From positions 1 to 42,761 of the forward strand of contig CAZJVP010000054.1 of NCBI GenBank assembly GCA_964549615.1: 42,761 bases of DNA. The letters are read 5' to 3'. Positions 27,445-37,429 of the stretch are shown piece by piece. Position 1 is the stretch's first letter, and each line of letters opens with the position of its first letter. The notes beneath the pieces were generated by a model. The model searched no databases and was not told the DNA's origin. It saw only the letters and a program-made list of their open reading frames with translations. The translations under genes and the position numbers were made by a program. This DNA comes from an uncultured Thermococci archaeon (GTDB taxonomy: Archaea > CAYQAE01 > CAYVLA01).

Positions 27445-28221
27445 TCAAGCCCGCTTTGCCCTGTCGAGAACCCTGCGCATGTTCTTTCCCAAAATGAGCC
27501 TCTTCTTGGATTCCGGTATCTCCGCGTAGGCTATCGGGGCTAATCCCAGCCCTGGATCAAGATCGGTGAGGTCGGAGCCGAAGACTATCTTCCTGGGATC
27601 GATGCGCTCGACCATCTCCTCCACCTGGCGATACCCGAGCGGAACGCAGGTACACTGGTAGACGTTTTCAACACCGTTTGCGACCTCTTCGTACGCCAGC
27701 GAGTAGTGCCCGATCACGAAGCATGCCTCCGGGTTTCTCAAAGCGATCCCTTTCAGGTAGCCGGGCTCTCCCCAGTGGTGGTTGAGCATGACCATCCCGT
27801 GCTCGGATGCATACTCATAGACCGGGTCAAGCGCCGTCTGTTCCGTCTTCCTGAACTGGTACTCCCCTATGAGCTTGATCCCCACAAAACCCATCCCTCT
27901 GCACCTCTCCAGCTCCGGAATCCAGGTCTCAGGATAGTTGAGGTTCAACGTGACAAACCCGTGGAGGCGCTTCGGGAACTTTGAGATAGCGGCGGCGATG
28001 AGATCGTTGCCCAGGCGGAAATCTGAGTTGACCCCCGCGAAGGAGAACACGCAGGCCTCGTCGATGCCGAAAGCGTCCATGTGGCGGACCACATCATGTG
28101 CCTGCCCATACGGGATGTGGTAGTAGTTGAAGAAGCCCCCAAGATGGGCATGGGCGTCTATCACGAGGCAGTCCAAGGGAGTCCCCTTCATTGCGGCGGC
28201 CTTGATCGACGACCTACTCAT
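27445..28221 (-). CDS. Amidohydrolase_2 family metal-dependent hydrolase
   Basis: VIDAHAHLG, GIKL, LNHHW, VIGH and IVFGSD. Confidence 0.9.
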   Translation of the reverse strand: MSRSSIKAAAMKGTPLDCLVIDAHAHLGGFFNYYHIPYGQAHDVVRHMDAFGIDEACVFSFAGVNSDFRLGNDLIAAAISKFPKRLHGFVTLNLNYPETWIPELERCRGMGFVGIKLIGEYQFRKTEQTALDPVYEYASEHGMVMLNHHWGEPGYLKGIALRNPEACFVIGHYSLAYEEVANGVENVYQCTCVPLGYRQVEEMVERIDPRKIVFGSDLTDLDPGLGLAPIAYAEIPESKKRLILGKNMRRVLDRAKRA

Positions 28222-28985
28222 TCCCTGACGCCCCTGATCAGCCGCTCCAAGTTGCCACCCGCAACCATTGCTTTCTCCTCATCGGAGACCTTCGAGTAGT
28301 TCACCATCCCGAGCGCCGACGACGGGTCTCGGTAAGGAGTCCGGGTGCCGAAAAACAGCCGATCGGCTCCGAACTCCTCGCAGACGGAATCGACGGCCCT
28401 GTACAGCCAGAGCCCGGACAGATCCAGCATCAGGTTGTCGCACCGAGCCATCGCTTGGTACATCCGGCGGTTTGACCTGTAGCGGTACTCGGACACGATC
28501 ACCGGCAAATCCGGGTGCGCAAGGCAGACCTCGACAACGTCCCCCCACCTCACGAGGTCCGAGCCAAGGGAGGGGGAGAAGAAATCGAGCACCACGGGGA
28601 TTCTATGCTCCTCCAACACGCCGTAGATGTCGCCCACGCACCACTCCCCGACGTCGAAGAAGTAGTACTCGGGCAACAACTTCGCCACCCGGCTTCCAGA
28701 CGAAAGCATCCTTGCCACGCCCCGTTCCGGGTCGCCTCCCACCGTGGACGGCAGGAACACCCAGCAGGGGGCAAGGGCTCCAGTACCCCTGGCCGCCCTT
28801 GCAGTCATCGGGTTGCCTAGCTCGGGGCTGTGCTCCATCGCGACGGCATGACAGATAAGGGCCTTCTCTATGCCGTATCTCCTCATCTCGCCCAAGAGCC
28901 CCTCCGCGGTCCGGAGCGCCTCGGGAACCCGCCTGTTGTGAATCCCGAAGCTGCAGGTCAGATCGAAGAAGCTTGGACCTGCCAT
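28218..28985 (-). CDS. Amidohydrolase-fold protein lacking the HxH motif
   Basis: FFDLTCSFG, HPDLPVIV, FGADRLFFGT.TPY and VAGGNLERL. Stop overlaps the next start (ATGA). Confidence 0.85.
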   Translation of the reverse strand: MAGPSFFDLTCSFGIHNRRVPEALRTAEGLLGEMRRYGIEKALICHAVAMEHSPELGNPMTARAARGTGALAPCWVFLPSTVGGDPERGVARMLSSGSRVAKLLPEYYFFDVGEWCVGDIYGVLEEHRIPVVLDFFSPSLGSDLVRWGDVVEVCLAHPDLPVIVSEYRYRSNRRMYQAMARCDNLMLDLSGLWLYRAVDSVCEEFGADRLFFGTRTPYRDPSSALGMVNYSKVSDEEKAMVAGGNLERLIRGVRE

Positions 28986-29007
28986 GGGAACCGACCCGCT
29001 GGACCCT

Positions 29008-30306
29008 TCACCGCAGCTCGTCCGCGTGTTCGACGACCTTTCGGAAGGCCTCGAGGTACATGTCGATGAGATCCCGGAACTGGGGCCCGTACCACCCAGT
29101 CGAGCCGATGTTCAGCTCGGTCTTCTCGCACCTCTCCTCGGCCACTGGGCAGTCGCCCTTGCGGTACACGACCTTTCTCCTAGCAAATGGGCAGTCCCAT
29201 GGGCATCCCTTGCCGTAGTAAAACCTGTCCTGGTGCCGGGGCCGGAGGTAGATCGGCATCCTGACGTACGCGCCCGCGGAGACCCCTTCCGCCCGCAGGG
29301 CGTCCAGGAACCTGTCCCTCGGAAGGCCCCCCAGTTCCTCGGTTCTGTAGGTCGGGGAGTACATGTGATAAACGTGCTCACATCCTCGGGCAACGAAAAC
29401 AGGGTCAACGCCCGGCAGGTCCTTAAGCCCTCGGGAAAGCCTGTTTGCGTGTCTGCGCCTCCACAGGTTCCATTCGTCCAGATGCTTCAGCTGGACCTTG
29501 GCTATGGCGGCCGCTAGGGGATGGATCCTGTAGGTGGGAATCAGGCTGTCGATGTACTTCCTCAGCTCAGGCTTCTTAACAACCCCCTCGGACCGAGCGG
29601 GGTGCATTCCGACGAACATGGCGCGTTCATATAGCTCCTCGTCGTCGGTGAGGATCATGCCGCCCTCCCCGCCGACCATGTTCTTTCCGTCGCCTATGCT
29701 GAAAGAGGCCATGTGCCCGAGGCTTCCCACCCTGCGTCCGTGGTAGACGGCGCCGTTGGCCTGGGCGCAGTCCTCAACAACCTTGAGGTCGTGCTCCTCC
29801 GCGACCTCCATCAGTGGGTCCATGTCGGCCGGGTGCCCATATATGTGGACCACGACGATCGCCTTGGTGCTCTCCGTGATCCTGCGGGCAACGGATTCCG
29901 GGTCCAGATTGTACGTCTTGGGATCTATGTCCGCGTATACCGGTATCGCGTTCTGGTGGATGATCGGGGCCACGGTTTGCCCCCAGGTGTAGGGCGAGAC
30001 GATTACCTCGTCCCCGGGCCCGACGCCGAAGGCCCCCAGCGCGATATGCGTGGCCGAGCAGCAGGAGTTGGTTGTGATGCAGTACTTCACTCCCACGTAC
30101 TTCGCAAAGGCCTCCTCGAACTCCGCCACCACCCCGCCGCCGGCGGGCGCGGTAATGTCGACCCGGCGCATCGCCTTGACGACCTCCTCTATCTCCTCAT
30201 CCCCCACGATGGGCCAGTTGGGGCGAAGCGCCAGCTTCTCCGACGTCTCGATCGAGACCGCCTTCTCTCCGCCATGGATGGCCAACTTTCCGACCATGTA
30301 CGGCAC
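29008..30306 (-). CDS. DegT/DnrJ/EryC1/StrS PLP-dependent sugar aminotransferase
   Basis: VGPGDEVIV, VHIYGHPADM, VVEDCAQA and SFSIGDGKNMVGGEGG (Schiff-base Lys). Confidence 0.94.
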   Translation of the reverse strand: MPYMVGKLAIHGGEKAVSIETSEKLALRPNWPIVGDEEIEEVVKAMRRVDITAPAGGGVVAEFEEAFAKYVGVKYCITTNSCCSATHIALGAFGVGPGDEVIVSPYTWGQTVAPIIHQNAIPVYADIDPKTYNLDPESVARRITESTKAIVVVHIYGHPADMDPLMEVAEEHDLKVVEDCAQANGAVYHGRRVGSLGHMASFSIGDGKNMVGGEGGMILTDDEELYERAMFVGMHPARSEGVVKKPELRKYIDSLIPTYRIHPLAAAIAKVQLKHLDEWNLWRRRHANRLSRGLKDLPGVDPVFVARGCEHVYHMYSPTYRTEELGGLPRDRFLDALRAEGVSAGAYVRMPIYLRPRHQDRFYYGKGCPWDCPFARRKVVYRKGDCPVAEERCEKTELNIGSTGWYGPQFRDLIDMYLEAFRKVVEHADELR

Positions 30307-30308
30307 CT

Positions 30309-31199
30309 TCAGTGTACCAGGTTCTCCGCCAACAGACGATCTATGCTTACGACGCGGACGCTGCTTGGGACTGTGTCCGTCCCTATGACCTCAAGCGCGC
30401 CCGACTGGTGTATCAGACTGAGGGCCCCACCGATTAGAAGGGGATGGGTGCACGCGGCTATGACGTTCTTGGCGCCCGCCTGCTTGGCCAACGAGATCGC
30501 CGTCGCCATCGTTCCGCCCGTGCTGATGATGTCGTCCGCGATCACGACGTCCCTGCCCTTGACGTCTAGGTCCTCGGCCGAAATCTCAACCTCCTCCGGG
30601 CCCTTCCTTACCTTGGCCATCACGGCGAAGTCCGCGTCAAGCTCCTTGGCCATGTCCCGCGCCCACTGTTCGGCCTCCTCGTCGGGGGCGATCACCTTGG
30701 GGTCGTCCAGGGAATAGTTGTTGCGGATGAACTCCCCTATCAAGGGCATGGCGGTCAGGTTATGGCAGGGGATCTTGAAGATGTCGCTCGTGTCAACCAC
30801 ACGATGAAGGTGCAGATCCACCGTGTAAAGCTCATCGGAGCCGGAAAACTCAAGAAGCTTGCTGACGACCCTGAAGCTCACCACCTCTCCCCTCTTGAAG
30901 CTGGTGTCCTGCCTGCTGTAGGCAAAATACGGCACGACCGTCCTGATCCTGGACGCGCCGAGCTGGGATAGCGTTTCCGTGAGGAAGAGCAGCTCCATGA
31001 GCAGCCGATCGGGCATAAAGCCCATCGTCTGAATGAGTATGACTTCCTTGCCCTTCACCGGCGTGTGTATCCGCAGATACTTCTCACCATCCGGAAACTC
31101 CCTTATCTCCACGTTTCCGAAGGTGGCGTTCATCTTGTGAGCGACCCTGGCTGCCAGGCCCTGCGACCCCGAGCCGCCCATCACTATCTGGTCGGACAT
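30309..31199 (-). CDS. prs: Ribose-phosphate pyrophosphokinase
   Basis: FPDGE, PYFAYSRQD, VDLH, DDIISTGGT and ACTH. Confidence 0.95.
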   Translation of the reverse strand: MSDQIVMGGSGSQGLAARVAHKMNATFGNVEIREFPDGEKYLRIHTPVKGKEVILIQTMGFMPDRLLMELLFLTETLSQLGASRIRTVVPYFAYSRQDTSFKRGEVVSFRVVSKLLEFSGSDELYTVDLHLHRVVDTSDIFKIPCHNLTAMPLIGEFIRNNYSLDDPKVIAPDEEAEQWARDMAKELDADFAVMAKVRKGPEEVEISAEDLDVKGRDVVIADDIISTGGTMATAISLAKQAGAKNVIAACTHPLLIGGALSLIHQSGALEVIGTDTVPSSVRVVSIDRLLAENLVH

Positions 31200-31311
31200 A
31201 ATTCGCGGAATTTCCGCTTGCAGCAATAAAAAGGTGACTATTCGTCGCTCGGCGCAAGGACAGCGATGCCGGCTTGGCTAGGCGGACGGTCCGGCGACCG
31301 ACGCAGCCCCT

Positions 31312-32682
31312 TCAGGCCATCACGGTATGCGCCCTCAGGGATATTGCCCCGCCGATTGCTATCAGTCCGACGGACGCATAGTAGCCGGCGAAGACGATCT
31401 GCCTCGTCAGGCCGATGAACGGCAAAGCGAAGAGTAGCAGGGCAAGCATCATGGTGCCGCCATAGGAGCCTCCCGGATCGAGGTATGTGAGGAGGCCTCC
31501 GATGATCCCGCACAGCGCGAAGATAAGGCTCACCGAGAGCAGCGTCCCGCTGAAGAAGGAGACCTCGGTGGGGATCGGGAGGTGCTTGGCGTTCAACACG
31601 ATGAGCACGTACGAGGCTAGGGCAAGCCCGCCGCCCACAAGGCCCAACGCTAGGGCCGCCTTATGATCCACCGTGGGAAGAACCTTCGGTTTCAGGTAAA
31701 CCGGGCGAGCAACCTCGGCGGGCCTTAGGCCCAGCATCTTGTCGATGTAGGGCAGCCGCCCGAATATGCTCAGCCCATCGCGCTCCGAATAGTGCATGGT
31801 GTACGGCTTGCCGTAGTATGTCAGCCGCATGAGCTTGTCCGACAGCTTCAAGGGCCTGCCGCAGTAAGCGCACAGCTCGGCTCCCTCCTCCCCCCTCTCC
31901 CTCAAGCCCCCCACGTAACGCGAGATCGAAAGGAGGTTTTCACCCTTGGGCGTGATGTTGATCATGCCATCCTTCAGTGTCAGAAGCCCCTGGTCCCTCA
32001 GGCTGATGAGGACCTCGCCCATCAACTGCCTATCCCCGGTCGTCCCGGGTGCCCCCACGTAGCTAGATCGGGCCTGTTCGGGCAGGATGCTTTGAAGCTG
32101 CTCCACGGTGAACGCCCGGCCAAACCTGTGCATCGCCTCGGTCAACGGCTGCAGCGATGAGGCAACCTGCCGGACCTCTGCCGCCTTCTCGCGGCTCAGG
32201 GGCCTGAGCATGGTGAACTGTTGCAAGTAGATATCATGCCCGAGAGCGATTCCAAAGAGCGCGAGCACCACGGATCCGGCCGTCGTCATCCAGCTCCCCG
32301 AACCCAATACGGACCGCGCTATGCTCCCGAATGCGCTGCTCAACCTACCTCCCCCGATGGCCCTTGCAAGCATGCCCCCTGCAAAGATGCCGGCGATCAG
32401 GGCTATCGCACAAACGAACCACAAGATTATGCCGTCGCGGGGCTGGAACCCGATCTTCCTCCTGTCGAGATCCTGCGAGAAGTAGTAACCCGCTGCCGTC
32501 CCGCCCAGAAGGTAACCCAAAAGTTGGAAATACGAGCTCAGCGCCCTCGCAGGCGGGAAGGCGTCGGCCGCAAACACGATGGCGGCCATGATCGCGAACG
32601 CATAGACGCCGTTCCTGATCCAGCTCCGCTTGAGAAATGTGGACGCTTCGTGTGAGGCTTGGTCGCTTTGCCCAGAATCCAT
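31312..32682 (-). CDS. Multi-pass membrane protein with a central soluble winged-helix-like and CxxC segment
   Basis: About 4 TM, then LISLRDQGLL...ITPKG and CAYCG, then about 4 TM. Start placed at ATG 32682. Confidence 0.65.
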   Translation of the reverse strand: MDSGQSDQASHEASTFLKRSWIRNGVYAFAIMAAIVFAADAFPPARALSSYFQLLGYLLGGTAAGYYFSQDLDRRKIGFQPRDGIILWFVCAIALIAGIFAGGMLARAIGGGRLSSAFGSIARSVLGSGSWMTTAGSVVLALFGIALGHDIYLQQFTMLRPLSREKAAEVRQVASSLQPLTEAMHRFGRAFTVEQLQSILPEQARSSYVGAPGTTGDRQLMGEVLISLRDQGLLTLKDGMINITPKGENLLSISRYVGGLRERGEEGAELCAYCGRPLKLSDKLMRLTYYGKPYTMHYSERDGLSIFGRLPYIDKMLGLRPAEVARPVYLKPKVLPTVDHKAALALGLVGGGLALASYVLIVLNAKHLPIPTEVSFFSGTLLSVSLIFALCGIIGGLLTYLDPGGSYGGTMMLALLLFALPFIGLTRQIVFAGYYASVGLIAIGGAISLRAHTVMA

Positions 32683-32860
32683 CGCTGGAGGCAGCCAAAA
32701 AAATTGTCTTAAATGTATTCTAGGGCGGCCCCCGATCGCAAAATCGAACCGAAGCTGGGAGCCGCGCAAGGCTCCGAGGCTCCCCTTCAGGCTTCAGGAT
32801 GAGGATGAACGGGAATAGATTTAACAAATTGGCATCGCCAGCCAGCTCAAGGGAGAGGCT

Positions 32861-33733
32861 TTGAACGGGCGGGTCAAGCTGGCGATTCCGACGGGCAGCC
32901 TTCAGGAGGCAGTCCTCTCCACCTTCAGGGACGCCGGATATGAGATGAACCTCCAGCCCAGGTCCTACAGGCCTCAGACCAACGATGAGGAGCTTTGGGT
33001 CAAGATGCTGCGCCCGCAGGAGATACCCCTCTTGGTTGAGGAGGGAGTATACGACGTTGGGGTAAGCGGCATGGACTGGGTGGTTGAAAGCGGCGCGAAA
33101 GTTGAGAGGATTCTTGACTTGCAGGTCGGAAGATTCAGCATAGTGCTGGCGGTGAACGAGGATTCTCCGGTGAGAGCGCTGGCCGACCTCCAGAACATCG
33201 AAAACCTACGCATATCTACGGAATATGTGCAACTCACCAAGTCGTTCCTGAGGAAGCTTCGAATCCGCAAGGCGAGCGTGCACTTCTCCTGGGGAGCAAC
33301 CGAGGCCAAGCCGCCCGAAGAGGCCGATGCGATCGTGGACGGGTTCGAAACCGGCGCCACGCTGGCTCAGAACAGGCTGAGGGTTGTGGGCAGCGTGATG
33401 GACTCGAGTGCATGGTTTCTCGCCAACCGGTCGGCCCTCCGAGATCCCTGGAAGAAACGCAAGATCGACGGTATGAGGATAATGCTCTCCGGCGCCATAG
33501 CCGCGAGGGACAAGGTCCTTCTCAAGATGAACGTGCCGGCGAGGAAACTTGACGAAATCGCCCGCATGGTGCCCGCGATGGAAAAGCCGACCATCTCCAG
33601 GCTCTACGGCGAGGACTGGTACGCATTGGAGACGGTTGCAGGAAAGCGGGAACTTGTCCAGCTGATCCCGAGGCTCAAGGAAGCCGGCGCCAAGGACATC
33701 ATCGAGTACGATCTCAGAAAGGTCATCCCCTAG
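32861..33733 (+). CDS. hisG: ATP phosphoribosyltransferase, long form
   Basis: KLAIPTGSL, LRPQEIP, DVGVSGMD, SWGATEAK, ETGATL and the C-terminal regulatory domain PTISRL...LKEAGAKDI. Confidence 0.96.
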   Translation: MNGRVKLAIPTGSLQEAVLSTFRDAGYEMNLQPRSYRPQTNDEELWVKMLRPQEIPLLVEEGVYDVGVSGMDWVVESGAKVERILDLQVGRFSIVLAVNEDSPVRALADLQNIENLRISTEYVQLTKSFLRKLRIRKASVHFSWGATEAKPPEEADAIVDGFETGATLAQNRLRVVGSVMDSSAWFLANRSALRDPWKKRKIDGMRIMLSGAIAARDKVLLKMNVPARKLDEIARMVPAMEKPTISRLYGEDWYALETVAGKRELVQLIPRLKEAGAKDIIEYDLRKVIP

Positions 33734-33743
33734 CGGTGGTCTC

Positions 33744-35006
33744 TTGTCAGAGAAGATGCACGTCGACAAGGAGAAGGTCTTGGACTGGTTGGAGTTCAAG
33801 TTCGACAGGCGGATAGGCACCTACATCAACAAGAACACGAACCTCCCTCTGACGCTCTTCTACGACGACGAGAAGGATGAGCTCTGTCTGCTGGACCAGA
33901 ACAAGCTGCCCTATGAGGTGTCCGTCTGGAGGACAGATGACTGGAAGAAGGGCGCCGCCATCGGGATAGGGAGCATGGTCACCCGGGGTTCCCAGGCGAT
34001 CGGCGTGACGGGCGCATATTGTGTGCTTCTCGCCGCGGCCAAGTCGAAAAAGTCGACCAAGAAGAGGACCGTCGAGCAGATACTGGCGGCGGCCGAGAAG
34101 ATAAAGAGCGCCAGGCCAACCGCCGTGAACCTTTCTTGGGCGGTCGACAGGATGTGCGATGCGGCGAGGAACGCCCTGAAGAGGGCCGGGGACGTCTACG
34201 AACGTCTGAAACAGGAGGCCGACGACATCTTCGTTGAGGACATCTTCATCAGCAGAGCGCTCGCGGAGAACGGGAGCCGTCTCATCGCAAGCGGGGACGT
34301 CATACTGACCCACTGCAACGCAGGATCCCTCGCAACCACCTACGGCGGGAGCGCGCTGGGGGCGGTTGAGTACGCGGTCAGCCAAGGCAAGGATGTGAAG
34401 GTGATCTCCAAGGAGACGAGGCCTAGGAGCCAGGGCTTCAAGCTGACGCTCTGGGAGCTCATGACCGCGGGAGTGCCGGTGGCCGGCATAACCGACAACA
34501 TGGTCGCATCGAGCTTCGAGAAGTTCGGCATCAACCGGGTCCTGGTCGGGGCGGACAGGATAACCAAGGACGGATGCGTGGCAAACAAGGTCGGCACGAA
34601 CGACATCGCAAGGATGGTGGCCTTCTACAGCGTCCCCTTCGTGGTTGCCGCCAGCTACTCGACCCTGGACATGCAGCACACGGGCAAGGAGATCCCCATC
34701 GAGCAGAGGAGCTACGAAGAGATCTCCATGCCCTATCACTACGAGGCGCTCGAGAAGAAGAAGCAGGGGCTGATAGGGCCGGATGCGCTGAGCTTCTGGC
34801 CGCCGCCCGACAGAATCTCCGACGAAATGGGAAAGGGGAAGATCGTCCTCTACAACCCGGCCTTCGATGTGACCGACTCGAGGCTGATCAGCAACATCGT
34901 GTTGGATCTGGGAATCTATAGGCCCGAGCGGATCTGCACCATAGACGAGAAGACCATATCGGAACGCATTTCGGCCATAGTGGCCAGGTACTCCAAGGCG
35001 CTCTAG
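33744..35006 (+). CDS. mtnA: Methylthioribose-1-phosphate isomerase / eIF2B-related family
   Basis: LLDQNKLP, MVTRGSQAIG, RPTAVNL.WA, LTHCNAGSLAT, ETRP, VGADRI..G.VANKVGT and NPAFDVT. Confidence 0.85.
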   Translation: MSEKMHVDKEKVLDWLEFKFDRRIGTYINKNTNLPLTLFYDDEKDELCLLDQNKLPYEVSVWRTDDWKKGAAIGIGSMVTRGSQAIGVTGAYCVLLAAAKSKKSTKKRTVEQILAAAEKIKSARPTAVNLSWAVDRMCDAARNALKRAGDVYERLKQEADDIFVEDIFISRALAENGSRLIASGDVILTHCNAGSLATTYGGSALGAVEYAVSQGKDVKVISKETRPRSQGFKLTLWELMTAGVPVAGITDNMVASSFEKFGINRVLVGADRITKDGCVANKVGTNDIARMVAFYSVPFVVAASYSTLDMQHTGKEIPIEQRSYEEISMPYHYEALEKKKQGLIGPDALSFWPPPDRISDEMGKGKIVLYNPAFDVTDSRLISNIVLDLGIYRPERICTIDEKTISERISAIVARYSKAL

Positions 35007-36250
35007 GCCCTGTACCGCACGTAGCCGGGGCTTGATGTCTCCTCCCTGATGATCTCCTCCAGCTTCTGGGATAGTATCTCCACGGGAATGTCCTGTATGC
35101 TGATCCGCGTGGACATTCCGCCAGTATCCTTCAAGCCCACCTCGGTCTTCGCTTCGATGAAGCCCAAGTTGCCCAGATCCTTAAGGTAGGAGGCAAAGGA
35201 GGTGTATGACCTGGGCGGCTCGTTGTGCTGCTCGCACAACCTTTCGTATTCGGAGAACACCTCCCCCGATAGGATGCTCGGAGAGTCCCTGAGGAGGCTC
35301 GCCGCGGCCAGGTAGGTGAGCTTCTGGTGCAGGTTGAGCTCGCGAAGTTCGGTCTCTGAGACGACGGGCAACACCTCGGCCTTCGCGGCCCTCACATCCT
35401 CGAAGGTGACCGCCGACCGACCGTCCTTGTCGGCCCGCTTGCCCGCATAGTAGATCATCTCGAGGGCGAATCTGCAGTCGCCGGTCTGCTCCGCGATGTC
35501 GGCGGTGAACTTCACCACGTCATCCGATACCGTTCCCTCGATGAAGGCCTCGCTCGTCCTGTATCGCAGGATGTCGAAGAGCTGGGAAGCGTTGTACTTC
35601 TCCAGTTTCACCACGTTCTTCTTCAGCGAGCTGCGCGTCGGCTCGTCGAGCTTGTAGTAGAACGAGAAGTCGCGGCTGATGAGTATCATGCTGTAGCGGG
35701 CCACGTTGTCAAGGCGATGGTTCTCGAGCGGCCGGGAGAGGAAGTAGACTATGTCCTTCCCGTCCTTGCTCATGTAGTAGTCTATCTCGTCGAGGCAGAC
35801 GATGAGGATCGTGTTGGAGTGGACGAGGAGTTCGTCGACCGCCTTCTGGACGTACTCGGCCGGATAGCCCCTCAGCTCGAGCTCGGGCTGCAGTTCCTTA
35901 GCCATTGATGCCCAGATCATGTAGTCTGTCCTTTCCTTCCTGCAGTTGATGTGGATGTAGCGGAGGTTGATGCCCCGCCTTGCGGCAGCCCTCTCTATGC
36001 TGATCCCGAATCTCTTGGCCAGCATCGTCTTGCCGGTACCGATCCCGCCTAGGAGCGTCACGGTCTGAGCTACCGGCGCCGGAGAGAGCGCGCCTTTGAA
36101 GTACTCGGCCAGCTGCTTGAGTTCGTTCTCCCTGTGGGGCAGGTACTGGGGCACGTACGCGGCGTCGAGCTTGGATTCGTCCCGAAAAATGGTCGACTTG
36201 CCCAGGATCCCCTCAACCATCTTGTCGACTTCGCCCATCCTCCCGCTCAT
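35003..36250 (-). CDS. cdc6: Orc1/Cdc6 replication initiator AAA+ ATPase
   Basis: YVPQYLPHRE, Walker A GGIGTGKT, HINC, Walker B LDEID, GDCRFAL and a C-terminal winged helix. Confidence 0.95.
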   Translation of the reverse strand: MSGRMGEVDKMVEGILGKSTIFRDESKLDAAYVPQYLPHRENELKQLAEYFKGALSPAPVAQTVTLLGGIGTGKTMLAKRFGISIERAAARRGINLRYIHINCRKERTDYMIWASMAKELQPELELRGYPAEYVQKAVDELLVHSNTILIVCLDEIDYYMSKDGKDIVYFLSRPLENHRLDNVARYSMILISRDFSFYYKLDEPTRSSLKKNVVKLEKYNASQLFDILRYRTSEAFIEGTVSDDVVKFTADIAEQTGDCRFALEMIYYAGKRADKDGRSAVTFEDVRAAKAEVLPVVSETELRELNLHQKLTYLAAASLLRDSPSILSGEVFSEYERLCEQHNEPPRSYTSFASYLKDLGNLGFIEAKTEVGLKDTGGMSTRISIQDIPVEILSQKLEEIIREETSSPGYVRYRA

Positions 36251-36273
36251 GGCCTTGGCTGTGCTGAACTCCG

Positions 36274-36406
36274 ATATAAATGTAAGTATGACCCTTACCC
36301 CGCGTTGTTACTTATCTGCCGGAGTTCCCTTGCCTGCGTGGAAGAGGTCCTCGGCAGACGGGGAAAACAAGTCCCAACAAGGGGGGGCCCGAAGAGTGCT
36401 TTTAAG
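36274..36406. promoter_or_regulatory. Divergent TATA boxes for cdc6 (TTTATAT, minus strand, 36274-36280) and radA (TTTTAAG, plus strand, 36400-36406)
   Basis: Each lies about 25-35 nt from its start codon, consistent with leaderless or short-leader archaeal transcripts. Confidence 0.55.
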
Positions 36407-36438
36407 CACGAGACACGACCTCCGTCCGAAGTGAGTGC

Positions 36439-37395
36439 ATGTCCACGGAAATACAAGACCTTCCTGGAGTGGGGCCGAGGACGGCCGAGGGGTTGGAGAA
36501 GGCTGGCTATTACTCGATCGAAAGCCTAGCGGTGGCCTCTCCCAGCGAGATATGCGAGATTTCGGGCATATCCGACGCAATCGCCTCAAAGATCATAAGC
36601 GCAGCCAAGGAACGGGCCAGCCACCTCGTCAGATGGTACAGGGGGTTGGAGATAATGGAACGTCGGCAGGCCTTGGCCAGACTGACCACCGGGTGCAAGG
36701 AGCTTGATGACATGCTCGGGGGCGGGTTGGAACCCGGATCGATAACCGAGTTCTACGGTGAGTACGGCTCGGGCAAGTCCCAGATCTGCCACCAACTTGC
36801 AGTAAACGTGCAACTGCCGCCGGAAAGCGGGGGCTTGGGCGGCAAAGTCCTCTGGATAGATACGGAGGCGACCTTCCGTCCAGAGCGGGTGCACGAGATG
36901 GCCACTCATCTGGGCATCGACCCTGAAAAAGCCCTGGATAACATCCTCACCGCGCGAGCTTACAACGCCGCCCACCAGATGCTTCTCCTGGAGAACGCCG
37001 AGAAGATGATAAAGGAAGAGAACGTCAAGCTCCTCATAATCGACAGCCTTATGGTCCACTTCCGATCCGAGTTCATAGGGCGCGGGAAGCTGGCCGAAAG
37101 GCAGCAGAAGCTTGCCCAGCACCTTTCCAAGCTTCACAGGCTCACCGACATATATCAGCTAGTCACCGTCGTGACCAACCAGGTCATGTCGCGACCGGAC
37201 GTGCTGTTTGGAGATCCCATCGCGCCCATAGGAGGGCACGTCCTTGGCCATTCGACGACCACGCGGGTATACCTCAGGAAGTCCAAAGGTGACATCCGCG
37301 TTGGGAGGGTCGTCGACTCCCCATGCCTCCCGCTGGGAGAGGCGAGGTTCACCATCACCAAGGAAGGTCTGCAGGACGTGGAGGCAACGTCCTGA
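36439..37395 (+). CDS. radA: DNA repair and recombination protein RadA
   Basis: Hh[63 protein letters not shown] and PIGGHVLGH. No intein. Confidence 0.98.
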   Translation: MSTEIQDLPGVGPRTAEGLEKAGYYSIESLAVASPSEICEISGISDAIASKIISAAKERASHLVRWYRGLEIMERRQALARLTTGCKELDDMLGGGLEPGSITEFYGEYGSGKSQICHQLAVNVQLPPESGGLGGKVLWIDTEATFRPERVHEMATHLGIDPEKALDNILTARAYNAAHQMLLLENAEKMIKEENVKLLIIDSLMVHFRSEFIGRGKLAERQQKLAQHLSKLHRLTDIYQLVTVVTNQVMSRPDVLFGDPIAPIGGHVLGHSTTTRVYLRKSKGDIRVGRVVDSPCLPLGEARFTITKEGLQDVEATS

Positions 37396-37405
37396 GAGAG
37401 GGGCC

Positions 37406-37429
37406 GGCCCCTGGCGAGCGCCAGGGGCC
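37406..37429. terminator. Perfect 10-bp GC hairpin just after the radA stop
   Basis: GGCCCCTGGC-GAGC-GCCAGGGGCC followed by TTATTCT, between convergent genes. Confidence 0.45.

Noticed and set aside
36443-36457. TCCACGGAAATACAA as an ORB element
   Set aside because: It lies inside the radA coding start, has wrong spacing, lacks a G-string and is single copy.
36439-37395. Intein in RadA or Cdc6
   Set aside because: Both have normal lengths and uninterrupted Walker A regions.
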